From the NCBI RefSeq assembly GCF_006345805.1, contig NC_043003.1:58652001-58716000 (forward strand): DNA of 64,000 bases, in the 5' to 3' direction. The DNA is from Octopus sinensis. Its lineage: Eukaryota. The notes under the pieces are model-generated. The model did no database searches. It saw only the letters and a list, made by a program, of their open reading frames with translations, and was not told the origin of the DNA. Below are positions 47,161 to 59,581 of the stretch, piece by piece. The translations under genes and the position numbers were made by a program. The first letter of the stretch is position 1. Each line of letters begins with the position of its first letter.

Positions 47161-48696
47161 CCTTGATGATTGTTTCATCTTTTGGAACAGATCAGAAGAT
47201 CTACGAAGATTCCACATCCTCAAGACACTGTACCCATCTATCAACTTCACGATAGATACTAGCTACAACGAACTTCCCTTCCTAGACATCAACATCAAAA
47301 TACACAACTCCACATTGTCACAACAGACATCTACAAAAAAAACCGTTTCAAATCATACATTCAAACTTACCAATAGTCCTACAAAACCCCAAAATATGAA
47401 ACCTATTAAACAAATATTGCATAAAAAACAGTAAACGCCAAGAGAAAAACTTGAAGAAACAACTAACAAGAGCAAAATTCTCATCAGAGAATAAAACTGA
47501 ATTCTTTGTAAAAGAGTGTGGAGATGGTAGATGTGGGGTCTCCATCATCACAACAACATCCACTACAAAAAAACCGACACACCAATATTTAAATTTCCAC
47601 TCCTGCCACCCATCCCACATAAAAAGAAACATCCCATATAGTATAGTAACTGACTCACAAACACGACTAATAAGACTAGATGAACTTAAAAACTTCCTAC
47701 TAGAACAAAAATACCCCTTTAAACTAATAAAAAATGGAATCTCAAGAGCAATGAAACTGGACATCACACAACTCAGAACCCCCAAAACAAAAAACGAAAG
47801 AAAACATTATCCCTTTCATAAACACACACAACCCTGGAGTTACCAGCATGTTTCAAATCATACATTCAAACTTACCAATGGTCCTACAAAGCCCCAAAAT
47901 GGAAAACATTTAACAAATATTGCATAAAAAAACAGTAAACGCCAAGAGAAACAACTAACGAGCAAAATTCTCATCAGAGAATAAAACTGAATTCTTTGTA
48001 AAAGTGTGGAGATGGTAGATGTGGGATCTGCAGTAACCCCCCCCCCCTCTACAAATATAGATAGGGAAACAAACAAATGAAATTTAAGAGTGGTCAAATA
48101 TTCAAAGTAAATGCAGATATGAACTGCAAGATGTAGAACGTAATATACTGAATAACCTGTCCCACATGCAAGGAGAATTATATAGGCGAAACTGGAAATT
48201 CTTTATGCCAACGAGCCAGAATTCACTGGCAACATGTCTGAGAGGAGGAACTGTGAAAGATTCCACTGAATAAACATGTGGAGAAGGAAAATTTAAGATC
48301 TTTCCCTTCTATAAATGCCCAAGGAATGACACCTTGAGAAAAAATATGGAACAATACTTCATAACAAAGTTCTCCCTCAAACTGAATGGCTGAAAATATG
48401 AAAATCACAGCAACTTCCCTATAAGCCCATCTAGAACTATTAGCTTAGTCTGTATAATAATGTTCTCACAATGTACAAAAAATTGTATGCATATCTGTTT
48501 CATTGAGCTCCTTCATAAGACACTTTCCCTTTTACATTATTGCCCATCCTAATATCTTCATTTTTGTAAAGAATTGTTCCTTATCTTCATTCCTCTTGAA
48601 AAAAATATATATATATGTATATATAGCTGTGACCGGTGAAATATCACTATTTCTGTAATGATTTGTACTGGTGGAAGGACCAATCCCCTCAAAAAA

Positions 48697-48744
48697 TTCA
48701 AATCTGATGAATCTACTAGAGTAGATGTAAGCGCTAATATATGA
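48697..48744 (+). ncRNA. Relic hammerhead in the Penelope 3' UTR
   Basis: CTGATGA-ATCTAC-TAGA-GTAGAT-GTA-AGCGCT-A; GAA changed to GTA; palindromic stem III; stem I decayed. Confidence 0.6.
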
Positions 48745-48870
48745 TTTATAAAAACGTGACATATTAATAAAAATCTGTAAATGTACAACCATCCAGATCT
48801 CCGAGTACCTTATTTTTTCCAATATATATATATATAAAATAGGAGATGGAATGTGTTGTAGACTTTATTG

Positions 48871-48916
48871 GGTACAACACACTTTTCGACCCATTCTGGG
48901 TCTCTTTGGGTACATC
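48871..48916 (-). ncRNA. Relic hammerhead, opposite strand
   Basis: Minus strand: GTAC-CCAAAGA-GACCC-AGAAT-GGGTC-GAAA-AGTGTGT-T-GTAC; two core substitutions. Confidence 0.45.
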
Positions 48917-49019
48917 AATAAAATGTCTCACTAGAGATCTCTTGAGTTGGCTTATGTATTCATTTATTTATTTTATATATCTTGTATGCTTTCTTTCATC
49001 ATGTTAGTGTGAAATTTGA

Positions 49020-49472
49020 GACCTGTTGAGTCAAGTGCATGTACATGAACATCGAACCAAATATCAATGGAAACAGTAGTTATGATACCTGTGCCGGTGG
49101 CACATAAAAAGCACCATCCGAATGTGACCGATGCCAACCCCGCCTCGAATGGCTTCTGTGCCGGTGGCACATAAAAAGCACCATCCGAATGTGGCCGATG
49201 CCAGCCCCGCCTCGACTGGCTTCTGTGCCGGTGGCACATAAAAAGTACCAACCGGTCATGGCCGGTGCCAGACGCATCTGGCACCTGTGCAGGTGGCACG
49301 TAAAAAGCACCCACTACACTCGCGGAGTGGTTGGCGTTAGGAAGGGCATCCAGCTGTAGAAACACTGCCAGATCAGACTGGAGCCTGGAGCAGCCCCTAG
49401 CTCCCCAGACCCCGGGTCGAACCGTCCAACCCGTGCTAGCGCGGAAAACGGACGTTAAACGATGATGATGAT
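49020..49472 (+). mobile_element. RTE 3' UTR fragment with minisatellite
   Basis: Four minisatellite units, ends GTTAAACGATGATGATGAT; more copies on minus at 51178-51680, 51705-52050, 53985-54180 and 61833-62100. Confidence 0.85.
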
Positions 49473-52400
49473 TTAACAACTGTCTTCCATGCTGGCATGG
49501 ATTGGATAGTTTGACAGGATCCAGCAAGCCATTGGGCTGTACCGAGTTCCAGTGTCAGCTTTGGTACATTTTCTATGGTTGGGTACCCTTCTTAATGCCA
49601 ACCACATTACAAGTGTGCGCTAGGTACTTTTTTCTTATGCCACTTGCACTTGGGAGGTTTGCAAGTAAGTTGCATGACAAGAAAGAGAAAAGCCCCCACT
49701 GACTAGAGGAAGTGGGTGATGGCTTTACACCAGGTGCTGAGAGGCTAAAGTATGATAGAGGGACAAGAACAGGTGTCTTGCTACAGAGGGGATATGTAAC
49801 TTTCCTACATTATAAAGCTGAGTAGTAGTAATTAGGAAGGTGAAGATAAGACTGTTGTGATGTTGGAATTTATTTGGAAAATTGTATCATTTCTTATATC
49901 CATTGTACAAATCTATTACAATTTGATGGTTGAGCTGGATATTAATTTGTATGCATCAATATATCTATTGTGGAGGTGCGTGACTTAGTGATTAAGGCGT
50001 TGGACTCATGATCATAAGATTGTGATTTCAATTCCTGAACCGGGCGATGTTTTGTGTTCTTGAGCAAAACACTTCATTTCATGTTGCTCCAGTCCACTCA
50101 GCTGGCAAAAATGAGTAATTCTGTGATGGACTGGCGTCCCATCCAGGTGGGGAATATATACGCCATTGAAACCAGGAAACCAGCCCTCATGAGCCTGACA
50201 AGGCATGAGAAGAAAACATCATCTCATATCTATCAACTTTTATTTGCAAATGCTGCAAAGTTCTTTATTACAGCTTATCACCATCTTGTCTTGATCTGTT
50301 GCCATCTGACCTGTGAGGCCCAAAATCCCCACATTTGACCTCACCAATCTATATTCGCTTTTACTTGTTTCAGTCATGTGACTGGCTATGCTGGAGCACC
50401 GCCTTTAGTCCAGCAAATCGACACCAGGACTTACTCTGTAAGCCCAGTACTTATTTTATCGGTCTCTTTTGCCGAACTGCTTAGTTACAGGGATATAAAC
50501 ACACCAGCATCAGTTGTCGAGCGATGTTGGGGAGGGGGACAAACACAGACACATAAGCATATACACACACATACATATATACGATGGGCTTCTTTAAGTT
50601 TCTGTCTACCAAATCCACTCACAAGGCTTTGATTGGCCCGAGGCTATAGTAGAAGACACTTGCCCAAGGTGCCATGCAGTGGAACTGAACCTGGAATCAT
50701 GTGGTTCATAAGCAAGCTACTTACCACACAGCCACTCCTACGCCTACTTACTACACAGCCACAGAGATCAATATTTTTATAAAGATGTATTTACATTTCT
50801 CAGTGATTTATTTACAAATAGAAACAATGCTAAACCATTTGAAATTGAACCTAGAAAGTTCCCCTCCAAAACAGAAGTCCCAGGCTAGGTTGTTTGTGGA
50901 AGACCAGTGGTTGCCCATACATACCAGTTTCCTCTCTTCACACCACTGATGTTATCCCAGGGAAAGGCAATAGTCTGATACAGCATGGCACCAGTGATGT
51001 TGCTTCTCATTTCTATAGCTGAGTGAACTGGAGCAATGTGAAATAAAGTGCCTTGCTCAAGAACACACTACACAGCTGAGTCCAGGAATCAAACTCACTA
51101 CCTCGTGATTGTGAGCTCAGTGCTCTAACCACTGAGACATATGCCTTCACTGTCAAATGTAATACTTATTTATTCACATCATCATCGTTTAACGTCCGTT
51201 CTCCAAGCTAGCATGGGTTGGACGGTTCGACCGGAGATCTGGGAAGCCAGGAGGCTGCACCAGGCTCCAGTCTGATCTGGCAGTATTTCTACAGCTGGAT
51301 GTCCTTCCTAACGCCAACCACTCTGTGAGTGTAGTGGGTACTTTTTATGTACCAGGCGAGGCTGGCAACGGCCATGATTGGATTGGTGCATTTTAGTGCC
51401 ACTGGCACGGAAGCCAGTCAAGGCGGCGCTGGCATCGACCACGTTTGGATGGTGCTTTTTATGTGCCACCAGCACAGGGATCACAACTACAGTTTCCATT
51501 GATTTTTGATATTGGTGTACTTGCCTCAATGGATCTCCTCAAGCACAGGGTCGAAACGGTGTTTCTTTACTTGCCACCTGCACACGAGTCAGTCCAGCGG
51601 CCCTGGCAACTGCCGGGTGCCAGTCATCGGATTGGTTCAATTTCGATTCCAATTTCACTTGCCCCAAATCCTGCACTATCTCATAGCTTCAAGATTTTCA
51701 TGACATCATCATCATTTAACTTCCATTGTCCATGCTTGCATGGGTTGGATGGTTTGACTGGGCTGGCCCGCTGGAAGATTGCACCAAGCTCCAGCCTGAT
51801 TTGGCACGGTTTTCTATGGCTGGATACCCTTTCTAACGCCAACCACTCTGAGAGTGTAATGGATGCTTTTACGTGTCATATGTGTGATACCAGTATCTTC
51901 CACAACTGTAATTTTGCTCAGTTAGATGGCTCTTCTCAAGCACAACATAATACCAAAGGTCTTGGTCATTGCCTCCATAAGGCCCAACACTTGAAAGGAA
52001 CTCAGCCACTTTGCCTCCATGAGGCCCAGAGGGTAGGTGTCAAAGGCAGGATCTGGCCAGTTTGAACGTAAAACGGGTGGAATACTATGGATGGTTTAAA
52101 TGCTAAAGGATTAAGATAAAATTAAATTTTCTATGGATTAACAATTATCCTCCTGTTTGGTTACAAATACAGTTAAATGCATGTTTTGTTACCATTACCC
52201 TGCTGCTATTATTTAGAATGAATTATGTCATAACATTTTAAACCTTATTACAATATTAAATTAAGAGGAAGATTATCAAAAGTTATATTTTTCTATGTCA
52301 ATAATTCTACTAATAGTATACACAGCACTATATATACATATATTCATGCAGGTGAGATGACATATCACTGAAATCTATTGAGATATTCTATTACAATTAT

Positions 52401-53376
52401 TTATCTCACTACATCTACGTTCACTGTGAAGAAAAAAGAAAGAGGCTCTCATCGTCATTTAACAGCCACTTTTCCATCGTTTAGACAATTTATGGAGGCA
52501 GATTTTCTGTGGCCAGATGCCCTTCCTGTTGCTAACCATCATGTGTTTCCAAGTAAGGTAATATTTCCCCATACCCAGACACGTTTTTCATTGAAGACTA
52601 AAAAAAAAACAATGTTAGTGATGCTCATTCAAACACAGGATGTCAAGACAAGTATACATATAAACATACACTCATGCTAGCATGGAAGACAGACATTTAA
52701 ACAACGATGATGATACATATATGACAGGCTTCTTTCAGTTTCCATCTATCAAATTCACTTACAAGGCTTTGCTTGGCTCAGAGCTATGGTTGCAGACTCT
52801 TGCCCAAGGTGCCATGTAGTGAAGCTAACTCGAAACCATATGGTTGGGAAGCAAGCTACTTAACCATACAGCCAAACTTGGCTCTCATATCACCATCTTC
52901 GTTTAACGTCCACCTTCCATATATATATATATATATATATATGCATATGTGTGTGTGTATATTCCTGATAAAAAGCTACAAACTCACCACTATCTAATAT
53001 TAGTGTCCATTCAAAAGCATAAAAAAATAATGTAAAACTATAGTACATTATTAGTCTGTCTTAATTAATAAAAAAAATTAGTTGCGAGTTGTCTTTAGCG
53101 GTTTTTAAACAGTATATAACATATCACATTTCAACTAAATTTTTATAAAACTATTTACCTTATATATACAGGAATGGCTGTGAGGTAAGTAGCTTGCTTA
53201 CCAACCACATGGTTCTGGGTTCAGTCCCACTGCATGGCACTTTTGGCAAGTGTCTTCTACTATAGCCTCGGGCCAACCAAAGCCTTGTGACTGGATTTGG
53301 TAGATGGAAACTGAAAGAAGCCCGTTGTATATATGTATATGTGTGTGTGTTTGTCCCCCCAACATATATATATATA

Positions 53377-53727
53377 CTAGCAGTATCACCCGGCGTTTTT
53401 AGAGATGTAAAGTATAATAGCCATCTCAATATGGCTAACCACAAAGGGGCGGTGTTACTGTAGCTTTTTACATTCTGAGATTTAATAATAAATTTTTAGA
53501 GAGTTACTTCCCTTATATATGCCAAAAATGCATTAAAAAATGGGAAAAATTGATGGTAAATTTTTTTTAAATCGTAGACTCATCGTAGACACGCGCTAAT
53601 ACCCAGAAGGGCTCGATATGAATCACGACTATAAGATTAGTTAAACTGCACCGCAAAATGTGGGAGTAGTTAGGAATCTAAATCGTAGGAGACAGACAGC
53701 ACACAACCTCTCTTTTATATATAAAGA
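53377..53727 (-). mobile_element. Non-autonomous Helitron-type element
   Basis: Minus strand starts A|TCTTTATATATAAAAG and ends CGCCGGGTGATACTGCTAG|T (5' TC, 3' CTAG, A/T target). Confidence 0.7.
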
Positions 53728-54706
53728 TATAAGTAGGAATTTCATTTGGTATACCAAATGTAAACTGAATACACAAGATGTACTATGGAATAAAAAAGCA
53801 AACCAACCAAAGACTGTAGATGCAGAGGAGCAATAAGCCCAAGGGCATAGTGCCCTGAAGATTCCCTAGATGTAGTTGATAGCTTCTGTTACCTTGGTAG
53901 CATTATTAGTAGTGGTGTTGGATATTCTGAACATATAGAAGCCAGAGTAAGGATGGGTTGAAAAAAGATCTCAGCCCTTTTATCTCATCATCATCATCAT
54001 CGTTTAACGTCCATTTTCTATGCTAGCATGGGTTGGATGGTTCGACCGAGGATTTTGGGAAACCAGGAGGCTGCTCCAGGCTCCAGTCTGATCTGGCAGT
54101 GTTTCTACAGCTGGATGCCCTTCCTAATGCCAACCACTCTGTGAGTGTAGAGGGTGCTTTTTACGTGCCACTGGCACAAAAAGCAGATTGTGTGTATAGA
54201 CTACGATATCTCTTAGTGGTAGTTTTAACTTGCGAATTATGAAAATTACCTGAAAACTACATTTACGAAAGAAATTTCAAAAAGATCAGTCACAGGGAAT
54301 CAAACAGAAATTATTCAACACTAACAACAAAAACTAGCAGGAATTCTAGATTACTTTTTATAAAATGAACTGTAAGTTATAATTATTTGTTAGATGAATA
54401 TTTTGATGCGCTATGTTGTCTCAGAAGACTCTAGATCAGACAGGTGCAACTCTTGAGAGGAGGGCTGCATGAAATATGATTCAACATACGACTAAAAATA
54501 AATTGAAGGCAATTTTAATAAACGTTCTTTTCCTCGCAAAATCAGGTGTGCCATTCAGAAAGTACTGCAATTTGCCCATGACTCTTCTAGATCTAGAAAT
54601 TGACAAATCTGTGCAGACAAATTTCTTTCTATTCTTTTCCACCTTCCAAAAGAGAAAGCGAGAATTAACTCCCCTGATATCGATTCTTCCAATAAACACT
54701 GGTACT

Positions 54707-54736
54707 ACGTCACTTCCGTTTTTTTGGCTTCCGGTA
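54707..54736 (-). promoter_or_regulatory. ETS-CRE composite (CGGAAGTGACGT) plus a second ETS site upstream of ZNF-C
   Basis: ACGTCACTTCCG at 54707-54718; CTTCCGGTA at 54728-54736. Confidence 0.55.
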
Positions 54737-54920
54737 ACAATATATTATCATCTTTGAGAATCAATAAATGCACAGCTTATTAATTGAAAACCAAATACAA
54801 ATTATTGACTATAATTAGCTTTTGGGTGGTCACAGATGTGGTATCGTTTCGGTTTGACCGGCAGTTTTTAAAAATAATTTCCACGTAAGTAAACACATTT
54901 AAACTTCGTATACTGGTAGA

Positions 54921-55114
54921 ACACGCATTCGAGCCAAAACGAAAGATTGCCCAATGGCGATGATTCGGTATAGGTACACACGTGACTTTGTTTACATTTC
55001 TGAAGATAACAGAAAGGATCTTTTCGGTTTGAACGCTGCACATCAGTCGTTAATTTTATCTTAACCAAACAAAATATAGCCGGGGCAATCTTTCGTTTTG
55101 GCTCGAATACGTGT
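54921..55114. repeat. 32-bp inverted repeat with 130-bp spacer
   Basis: ACACGCATTCGAGCCAAAACGAAAGATTGCCC vs GGGCAATCTTTCGTTTTGGCTCGAATACGTGT (1 mismatch). Confidence 0.9.
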
Positions 55115-55369
55115 GCGAGTTATATCGAAGAATAGCCTTCAAGAGAATTTCTCCGAATAATGAACCCCCCCCCCCCCGCTGTTAATAAGTCACTGTCACT
55201 TCAAAAAAGATATAGATACACATTAAAATTTCCCTATCAGACGTTAGATAAAATATCAGTAAATGTCTTTGTCTTTGTGATTATTGTAAGAATTCATTCA
55301 AAAGTTATTATGACACTGTTGTTCTCTTATACGTTGAACTTGTTTTGCATTTTAACTACATTGATATAT

Positions 55370-55785
55370 GTAAGTATTAACTATATCGTATTATCGATTC
55401 AATATCTTTTTCTCCTTTTAGCCTTCAGTTGTTTAGTTTCAGGTCAGCATCCCCTACTTTATATATTTATATATATATATATATATATATATAGGTATTA
55501 CTAGCGAATCCTAAAAATGTATGGTTCTTTAGGAGCCATACTGTTTCATTTTGAGAATGGTTGCATTGTGGTACAGAATCTGAAAAAAAATCTACCTGTA
55601 GTTTGAAGATTAAAAAACTTCCAAGATTGAAATATAATTTTACAGTAAATTATAAAGTGAATTTCAATTGTTCAGCTAAAGGTTTAAAACTATAGTTAAT
55701 CTGTAGAAATGTAAAAATTTCAATATTGAATCTCTGCCTTTTAAATATCCTTTATCTTTTACACTGTTTTTCTTTATTATTTCAG
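55370..55785 (+). other. Predicted 5' UTR intron of ZNF-C
   Basis: GTAAGTATTAACTATATCG donor homologous to 42535; acceptor TTATTTCAG ends at 55785. Confidence 0.6.
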
Positions 55786-56289
55786 ATTATTAGATGGCAC
55801 TGGTGTAAAATATATTTTCTCTTCAAAGCATCAACAATATTTATCATCCAAAAATGTAACAAAGAACAATCTCCCACTCGCTTGTTTATATAAATCTATT
55901 TTTGAACTTCCATGAAATATTCTATGCGAACTGAGAATATTAGCAAAATTTCTTAACTTCACTACCTGGAATATGAACAAAATAATTTTGCATTGTAATT
56001 GAACTCAGCTAAATTACATCATGAAAATATATCTGGTTTGTCTTTAAGAAGTTACATCTATGGATTTGCCTTGATAAATGGTTTTACTTTAATGTTGCTC
56101 CATCTTGGAATAATTGTCTATGAAATGATAGTAATATAATCAATCATCTTGTAAGTAGCTGTTTGCAGTTTCTTTAGATATTGACAACTATCACAGCTTA
56201 TAGAAATATTGCTGAGGAAATATTTGTTAGAAAACAAATTTTAAAATCTAACATAAGAGTGTCCATATATGTTGTGAAAGAAGAAAATT

Positions 56290-57732
56290 ATGGAAACAGA
56301 ATTATGTGAGAACCAGGTTAAGTATAAAACATTGTCTAAAAGGATTGATTTCCCTGATGAGATACATAAACAGTCAGGAAAAACATCATACTTCTGTGAT
56401 ATCTGTAAAAACTCATTCTCTAAAAAGAGTAACTTAACCAGACACAAACGTATTCATACAGGAGAGAAACCTTATCGCTGTCATATCTGTGGCAAATCAT
56501 TCTCTACAATAGTTCACTTAACTTCTCACAAACGTATTCACACAGGAGAGAGGCCATTTCATTGTGATGTATGTGGTAAATCATTTGCTATAGATAGTCA
56601 CTTAACTATTCACAAACGCATTCATACAGGAGAGAAACCATATCACTGTGAGATCTGTGGTAGATCATTCTCTCAAACAAGTCACTTAACTACCCACATA
56701 CGTATTCATACGGGAGAGAAGCCATATCGCTGTGATATCTGTGGTAAATCATTCTCTGTAACATGTAGCTTAACTAAACACAAACGCATTCATACAGGAG
56801 AGAAACCATATCACTGTGATATCTGTGGTAAATCATTCTCTATAGACAGTCACTTAACCACTCACAAACGCATTCATACAGGAGAGAAACCATATCTTTG
56901 TGATGTCTGTGGTAAATCATTCTCTCGCAGAAGTTATTTGACATCCCACAAACTTATTCATTCAGGAGATAAACCATATCACTGTGATATCTGTGACAAA
57001 TCATTCTCTAAAAATGGTGACTTAACTACTCACAAGCATATTCATACAAGAGGCAAATCATATTGCTGTGATATCTGTGGTAAATCATTTTTCCGAAAGA
57101 ATTCCCTCACTTTTCACAAATGTATCCATTTAGTAGACAGACCTTATAACATTAATATTTATGGTAAATCATTCTCTACAATAGTTCACTTACCTTCTTA
57201 CAAACGAATTCATACAGGAGAGAAGATATTTCGCTGCGATAAATCATTCCCTTTAGATAGTCACTTAACAACTCAAAAACGTCTTCATACAGGAAAAAAA
57301 TCATATCACTGTGAGATATGCGGTAAATCATTCTCTCAAACAAATCACCTAACTACTCATATACGTGTTCATACAGGAGAGAAGCCATATGACTGTGATA
57401 TCTGTGGTAAATCATTCTCCGTAGTATATAGCTTGACTAAACACAAACGCATTCATGCAGGGAAGCTATACCTTTGTGATCTCTCTGCTAAATCAGTCTC
57501 TCAAAAAAGTTACCTGCCTTCTAACAAACACATTCATACACCGGATAAGTCACATTGGTGTGACATTTGTGCAGCATCATTCTCTCAGAATCATGATTTA
57601 GCAACTCACAAATGTCTTCATACAGGAGATAAACCATATCACTATGATAAATCACTTTCAAAAAGGATTCCTTCACTTCCAATAAACACATGCATACAGG
57701 AGAGAACTCCCGTCACAGTGGTAAATTATTAA
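56290..57732 (+). CDS. C2H2 zinc-finger protein ZNF-C, 5' part (about 15 fingers, several degenerate)
   Basis: 480-aa ORF; the last ~22 codons are out of frame after a 1-bp deletion near 57666. Confidence 0.85.
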   Translation: METELCENQVKYKTLSKRIDFPDEIHKQSGKTSYFCDICKNSFSKKSNLTRHKRIHTGEKPYRCHICGKSFSTIVHLTSHKRIHTGERPFHCDVCGKSFAIDSHLTIHKRIHTGEKPYHCEICGRSFSQTSHLTTHIRIHTGEKPYRCDICGKSFSVTCSLTKHKRIHTGEKPYHCDICGKSFSIDSHLTTHKRIHTGEKPYLCDVCGKSFSRRSYLTSHKLIHSGDKPYHCDICDKSFSKNGDLTTHKHIHTRGKSYCCDICGKSFFRKNSLTFHKCIHLVDRPYNINIYGKSFSTIVHLPSYKRIHTGEKIFRCDKSFPLDSHLTTQKRLHTGKKSYHCEICGKSFSQTNHLTTHIRVHTGEKPYDCDICGKSFSVVYSLTKHKRIHAGKLYLCDLSAKSVSQKSYLPSNKHIHTPDKSHWCDICAASFSQNHDLATHKCLHTGDKPYHYDKSLSKRIPSLPINTCIQERTPVTVVNY

Positions 57733-58292
57733 TTACAACTGTTCGCTCAACTTCTCGTAAACGCATTCATGCAAGGGATAGACCATTTCACTGTGAGATC
57801 TGTGATAAGTCGTTTTCTGTTGAAAGTCACTTAACTATTCACAGGCGAATCCATACAGGAGAGAAACCATATCACTGCGAGATCTGTGGGAAATCTTTCT
57901 CTCAGACAAATCATTTGACTACCCACATACGTATTCATACAGGAGAAAAACCATATCATTGTGATGTTTGTGGTAAATCATTCTCTGTAACATGTAGCTT
58001 AACTAAACACAAACGCATTCATACAGGAGAGAAGCCATATCATTGTGATATCTGTGGTAAATCATTCTCTATAGACAGTCACTTAACCACTCACAAACGC
58101 ATTCATACAGGAGAGAAACCATATCTTTGTGATGTCTGTGGTAAATCATTCTCTCGCAGAAGTTATTTGACATCCCACGAACGTATTCATTCAGGAGATA
58201 AACCATATCACTGTGATATCTGTGATAAATCGTTTTCTGAAAAAAGCAACTTAACTACTCACAAATGGATTCATGCAGGAGAGATGTCATAA
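57690..58292 (+). CDS. ZNF-C 3' part beyond the frameshift (6 intact fingers)
   Basis: 200-aa ORF in the -1 frame; ends KWIHAGEMS*, homologous to the ZNF-B end KWIHTGEIP*. Confidence 0.7.
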   Translation: MHTGENSRHSGKLLITTVRSTSRKRIHARDRPFHCEICDKSFSVESHLTIHRRIHTGEKPYHCEICGKSFSQTNHLTTHIRIHTGEKPYHCDVCGKSFSVTCSLTKHKRIHTGEKPYHCDICGKSFSIDSHLTTHKRIHTGEKPYLCDVCGKSFSRRSYLTSHERIHSGDKPYHCDICDKSFSEKSNLTTHKWIHAGEMS

Positions 58293-58488
58293 CATTGGTA
58301 TTAAGTAAATCGTACCTTCTAAAACATGACTGGGACATAAGTAACGTCACACAGGAGAAAAGTCATAATTACCTTCATTGAAATCATTCTAACAAGATAC
58401 ATCTGACATGCTTTTGATGAAGAAGAATAATTGCACCATTTTGTTGTTTTGTATGAAAAATATATTTAACCACAGGAGAGAAGACATA

Positions 58489-58647
58489 CCGTATTTTAAC
58501 ATGTATAAGGAACCTTTTTTTGTCAAAAATTAGGTTAAAAAAATGGGAGTTTCTTATACATTGGATAGTATTATGATCCCTTACAAAACCTTTTTTCCAA
58601 ATTTTAAGCCCCTAAAATTAAGGGGTTCCTTATACTTTAAAATACGG
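58489..58647. mobile_element. pogo/Tigger-type MITE
   Basis: TA-CCGTATTTT ... AAAATACGG-TA. Confidence 0.75.
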
Positions 58648-59581
58648 TAATTATATGATAACTCCTCTACACAATTTTAAATAATTACAGATATATGATA
58701 ATTACATTGATGTAATTAACTTATTGGTGTTATTTTAAATAAAATCATTCTTTTAGAAATTTCAAGAAAGGATAAAATATACTATTTATTTATTTGACTT
58801 TATGGGCAAACAGCTCTGATATTTATTTTTCCTAAATCAAAGATTACATTGCTGTATAGATTATGTTCCAAATAAAATTTAAAATATTTTATATCATTGA
58901 GAAGATGGGATCTTGAATGTTTATTCTGTAGCTATGTGTGCATTTTTTGTGCATGTTATGATGTTTGTGTAAGTTATACTGTAAAATTTATAGCATGTGT
59001 GTGTGTGTATATGTAGAAAGAGAAAGAGAGGCACAAGGGTTCAGTCCCACTGTATGGCACTTTGGGCCAGTGTTTTCTATATCCTTGGGCCAACCAAATC
59101 CTTATGAATGAATTTGGTAGGTAGAAACTGAAGATGTCCATCATATGTGCGAAACTGGTACTTTATTTATCGACCCCGAAAGGATGAAAGGCAAAGTCGA
59201 CCACGGCAGAATTTGAACTCAGAACGTAACGACAGACGAAATACCGCTAAGCATTTAGTCCGGCGCACTAACGTATCTGCCAGCTCGCCGCCTTAATTAT
59301 GATAGAAACTAATTAATAGTTTCTATCATAATAAAATGTCCAATTAATTTCAATTATTTACTTATGGATATGGTGTAAAGTCCAACCACCTATTGCCTGT
59401 AATGGGAATGTATTACCAAATATGATGAATATTATTTTCAGAATTTTCAATGGCAATACCGTATGATAGGAAATCAGAAACAGCTGTTAGATGGGATACA
59501 GTCTATTTGTATTTAATTAAAAAGTTATAATTGATGCTAGTCAATTGTTGCTGATCAATATTTCCCCATTTTCTGTGTACT

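Larger units (their letters stand above)
46945..48790 (+). mobile_element. Penelope-like element 3' half (RT, GIY-YIG, 3' UTR)
   Basis: WKRY|LDDCFIFW..INFT..LPFLDI; QYLNFHSCHPSHIKRNIPY; CGDGRCG; NVIY.ITCPTCKENYIGETGNSL.QR (48140-48220). Confidence 0.88.

Noticed and set aside
57650-57670. Programmed -1 ribosomal frameshift in ZNF-C
   Set aside because: CTT TCA AAA AGG is not a canonical X XXY YYZ slippery heptamer and I see no downstream stimulatory structure.
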